DNA of 63,937 nucleotides from Zootoca vivipara (Eukaryota): positions 20,646,064 to 20,710,000 of the forward strand of contig NC_083287.1 in the NCBI RefSeq assembly GCF_963506605.1. Direction: 5' to 3'. Of the stretch, positions 62,606 through 63,937 are shown one piece after another (within the stretch, counting starts at the first letter, position 1; every line of letters begins with the position of its first letter). The notes beneath the pieces are model-generated. The model saw nothing but the letters and a program-made list of their open reading frames with translations, did not search any database and was not told where the DNA came from. Made by a program: the position numbers and the translations under genes.

Positions 62606-62695
62606 CTGTTTCTGAATGTTCTCCCCTCTGACAGAAATCAATGGATCAGTAAAACAACAAAATTAAGAACACTGTATAACAAGATTAAAGAAATA
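62606..62695 (+). CDS. TBC1D5: TBC1D5 coding exon 4 (90 nt): LFLNVLPSDRNQWISKTTKLRTLYNKIKEI (N-terminal part of the TBC domain)
   Basis: ctgcAG acceptor, GTAAGT donor, phase 0/0. Similar to human LFLCVLPQDKSQWISRIEELRAWYSNIKEI. Confidence 0.95.
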
Positions 62696-62787
62696 GTAAG
62701 TTGAACCCAGACATATTTCCTTCCCTCTGCCTCAATATTTTCCGCATGTCTAATAGAGAATCTAAAGGTCTTAATTCCTATTCACAG

Positions 62788-62859
62788 CATATTACAAATC
62801 CTCGAAAAGCTGGACAACAAGACTTGATGATCAACAACCCACTTTCACAGGATGAAGGG
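62788..62859 (+). CDS. TBC1D5: TBC1D5 coding exon 5 (72 nt): HITNPRKAGQQDLMINNPLSQDEG
   Basis: ttcacAG acceptor, GGG|GTAATT donor, phase 0/0. Near-identical to human HITNPRKVVGQQDLMINNPLSQDEG; contains the TBC NPL motif. Confidence 0.97.
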
Positions 62860-63255
62860 GTAATTATAACTTATTTTATATTATATCCAGAGCCTGGAAT
62901 AAAACCTTCAGTGCTCTTCATCAAGTAAAGAGTAGAAGAATCCTTGATAGGGACAACTAATCCAAAAGAGATGAAATGAGGTTGCAGACCTTGACAATGA
63001 AAATACTGGTACCTTAGACACTAACAGTTCTTTATCTGAAAATGCTGCAACCCAGGTACTGTCAGCTTGTGGATGGTTTTCTTCTCGAGGAGCAAAATTC
63101 CTGCTCTCATGGTGAACTCAGTAATACTGCTTTGTACTACATTATAGGGTAAAGTGTGCATTGTACAGCCAGCTGAGATGTCACAGTCAAAGGAGATAGT
63201 GTCAGTTCGGGTGGTTAACATGCGTTCTCCTGATCCAAAGGAAAGGAGATAACAC

Positions 63256-63392
63256 CAGGGCTTTTTGTCATGTGGAATTCACCAGAATTCAGCTCTGACA
63301 CCTTTCAGGTGGGTGCCATTGCCATTCTAAAGAGAATGTGGGAGGCAATCACCATGAGTTCTGCCACCTCTTTTTCAAGAAAAATAGCACTC
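63256..63392. mobile_element. hAT MITE
   Basis: CAGGGCTTTTT...AAAAATAGCACTC ends; perfect 8-bp TSD GATAACAC. Confidence 0.8.
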
Positions 63393-63734
63393 GATAACAC
63401 AGTTTACATCTTAAATGTATCATGGCCTACCATCATAGTTCACAGTACTTTTGACACTGTATGGTGGTGTGACAAGCACAGTGTTATTGTTTGTTCCCAT
63501 AGTTGCCTGAAGTGGATAGTAGCTCAAGGATGTGACTAAATCTGGAATTTCAGTAGGAAAGGATCTGTACGTTCATCATGTAAAAAAATAATATTCTATC
63601 AGCCAACCCTTCAAACTTAACACCTAACATCAAAATAGGAAATAAGATCTAAAAGGGGGGAAAGGAAATAAAAACACTTAAAACCATAAAAAAATTAGAA
63701 ATCATAGGCTTGGATCAGATTAAATTAGTCATGC

Positions 63735-63937
63735 TTTCTTCTTCTTTGGTGATCACTCCTAGCCGAGTAAGATTGTCTTCCATGAATATATGGAATAGTG
63801 TGTCCATAGGTTACTATGGAGGCCAATTATGGAGTCACACATCCTTCCACAGTGGGGACTTAGGTTTCAAACAGGAATTGATCATGGTGAGGATTTGCCA
63901 AATGTGCCTTCCTCTTGGACATGCTTTAACCTCACTT
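63735..63937 (-). mobile_element. RTE-type LINE 3' end, running off the window
   Basis: TTCTTCTTCTTTGGTGATCACTC is the reverse complement of an (AAG)n-tailed RTE terminus. Confidence 0.55.

Noticed and set aside
1-63937. Prokaryotic operon, defence system or CRISPR array
   Set aside because: The sequence is vertebrate intron with spliced exons. Repeats are dispersed TEs and microsatellites, with no repeat-spacer periodicity.

Overview
Eukaryotic DNA from a squamate, most likely a lacertid lizard, judged from the Sauria SINEs with (ACCTTT)n tails, Bov-B, CR1 and L2 LINEs, and hAT/Tc1-mariner MITEs. The window covers the 5' coding part of TBC1D5 (Rab7 GAP, retromer/LC3 partner) on the + strand. 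Coding exons are 18573-18672 (start codon; the exon begins at 18538), 49793-49859, 61482 to ~61590 (mostly hidden in an N gap), 62606-62695 and 62788-62859. All visible boundaries are AG/GT with consistent phases, and the gene continues past the window. The rest is intron filled with transposon relics (several nested), microsatellites, four assembly gaps and some TE-poor blocks that may be conserved enhancers. Almost all ORFs in the supplied track are spurious or TE-derived. The most notable non-coding signals are two adjacent, co-oriented minimal hammerhead ribozyme motifs of Penelope-like origin (3385-3428 and 3513-3553), the first inside an 85-bp perfect hairpin. Also notable are a 110-bp hAT-internal palindrome whose CpG decay is entirely one-stranded, and a possible recursive splice site (AG|GTAATT) at the start of the ATG exon. 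No prokaryotic system or CRISPR array is present. Family names and human comparisons come from recognition and memory, not from database searches.
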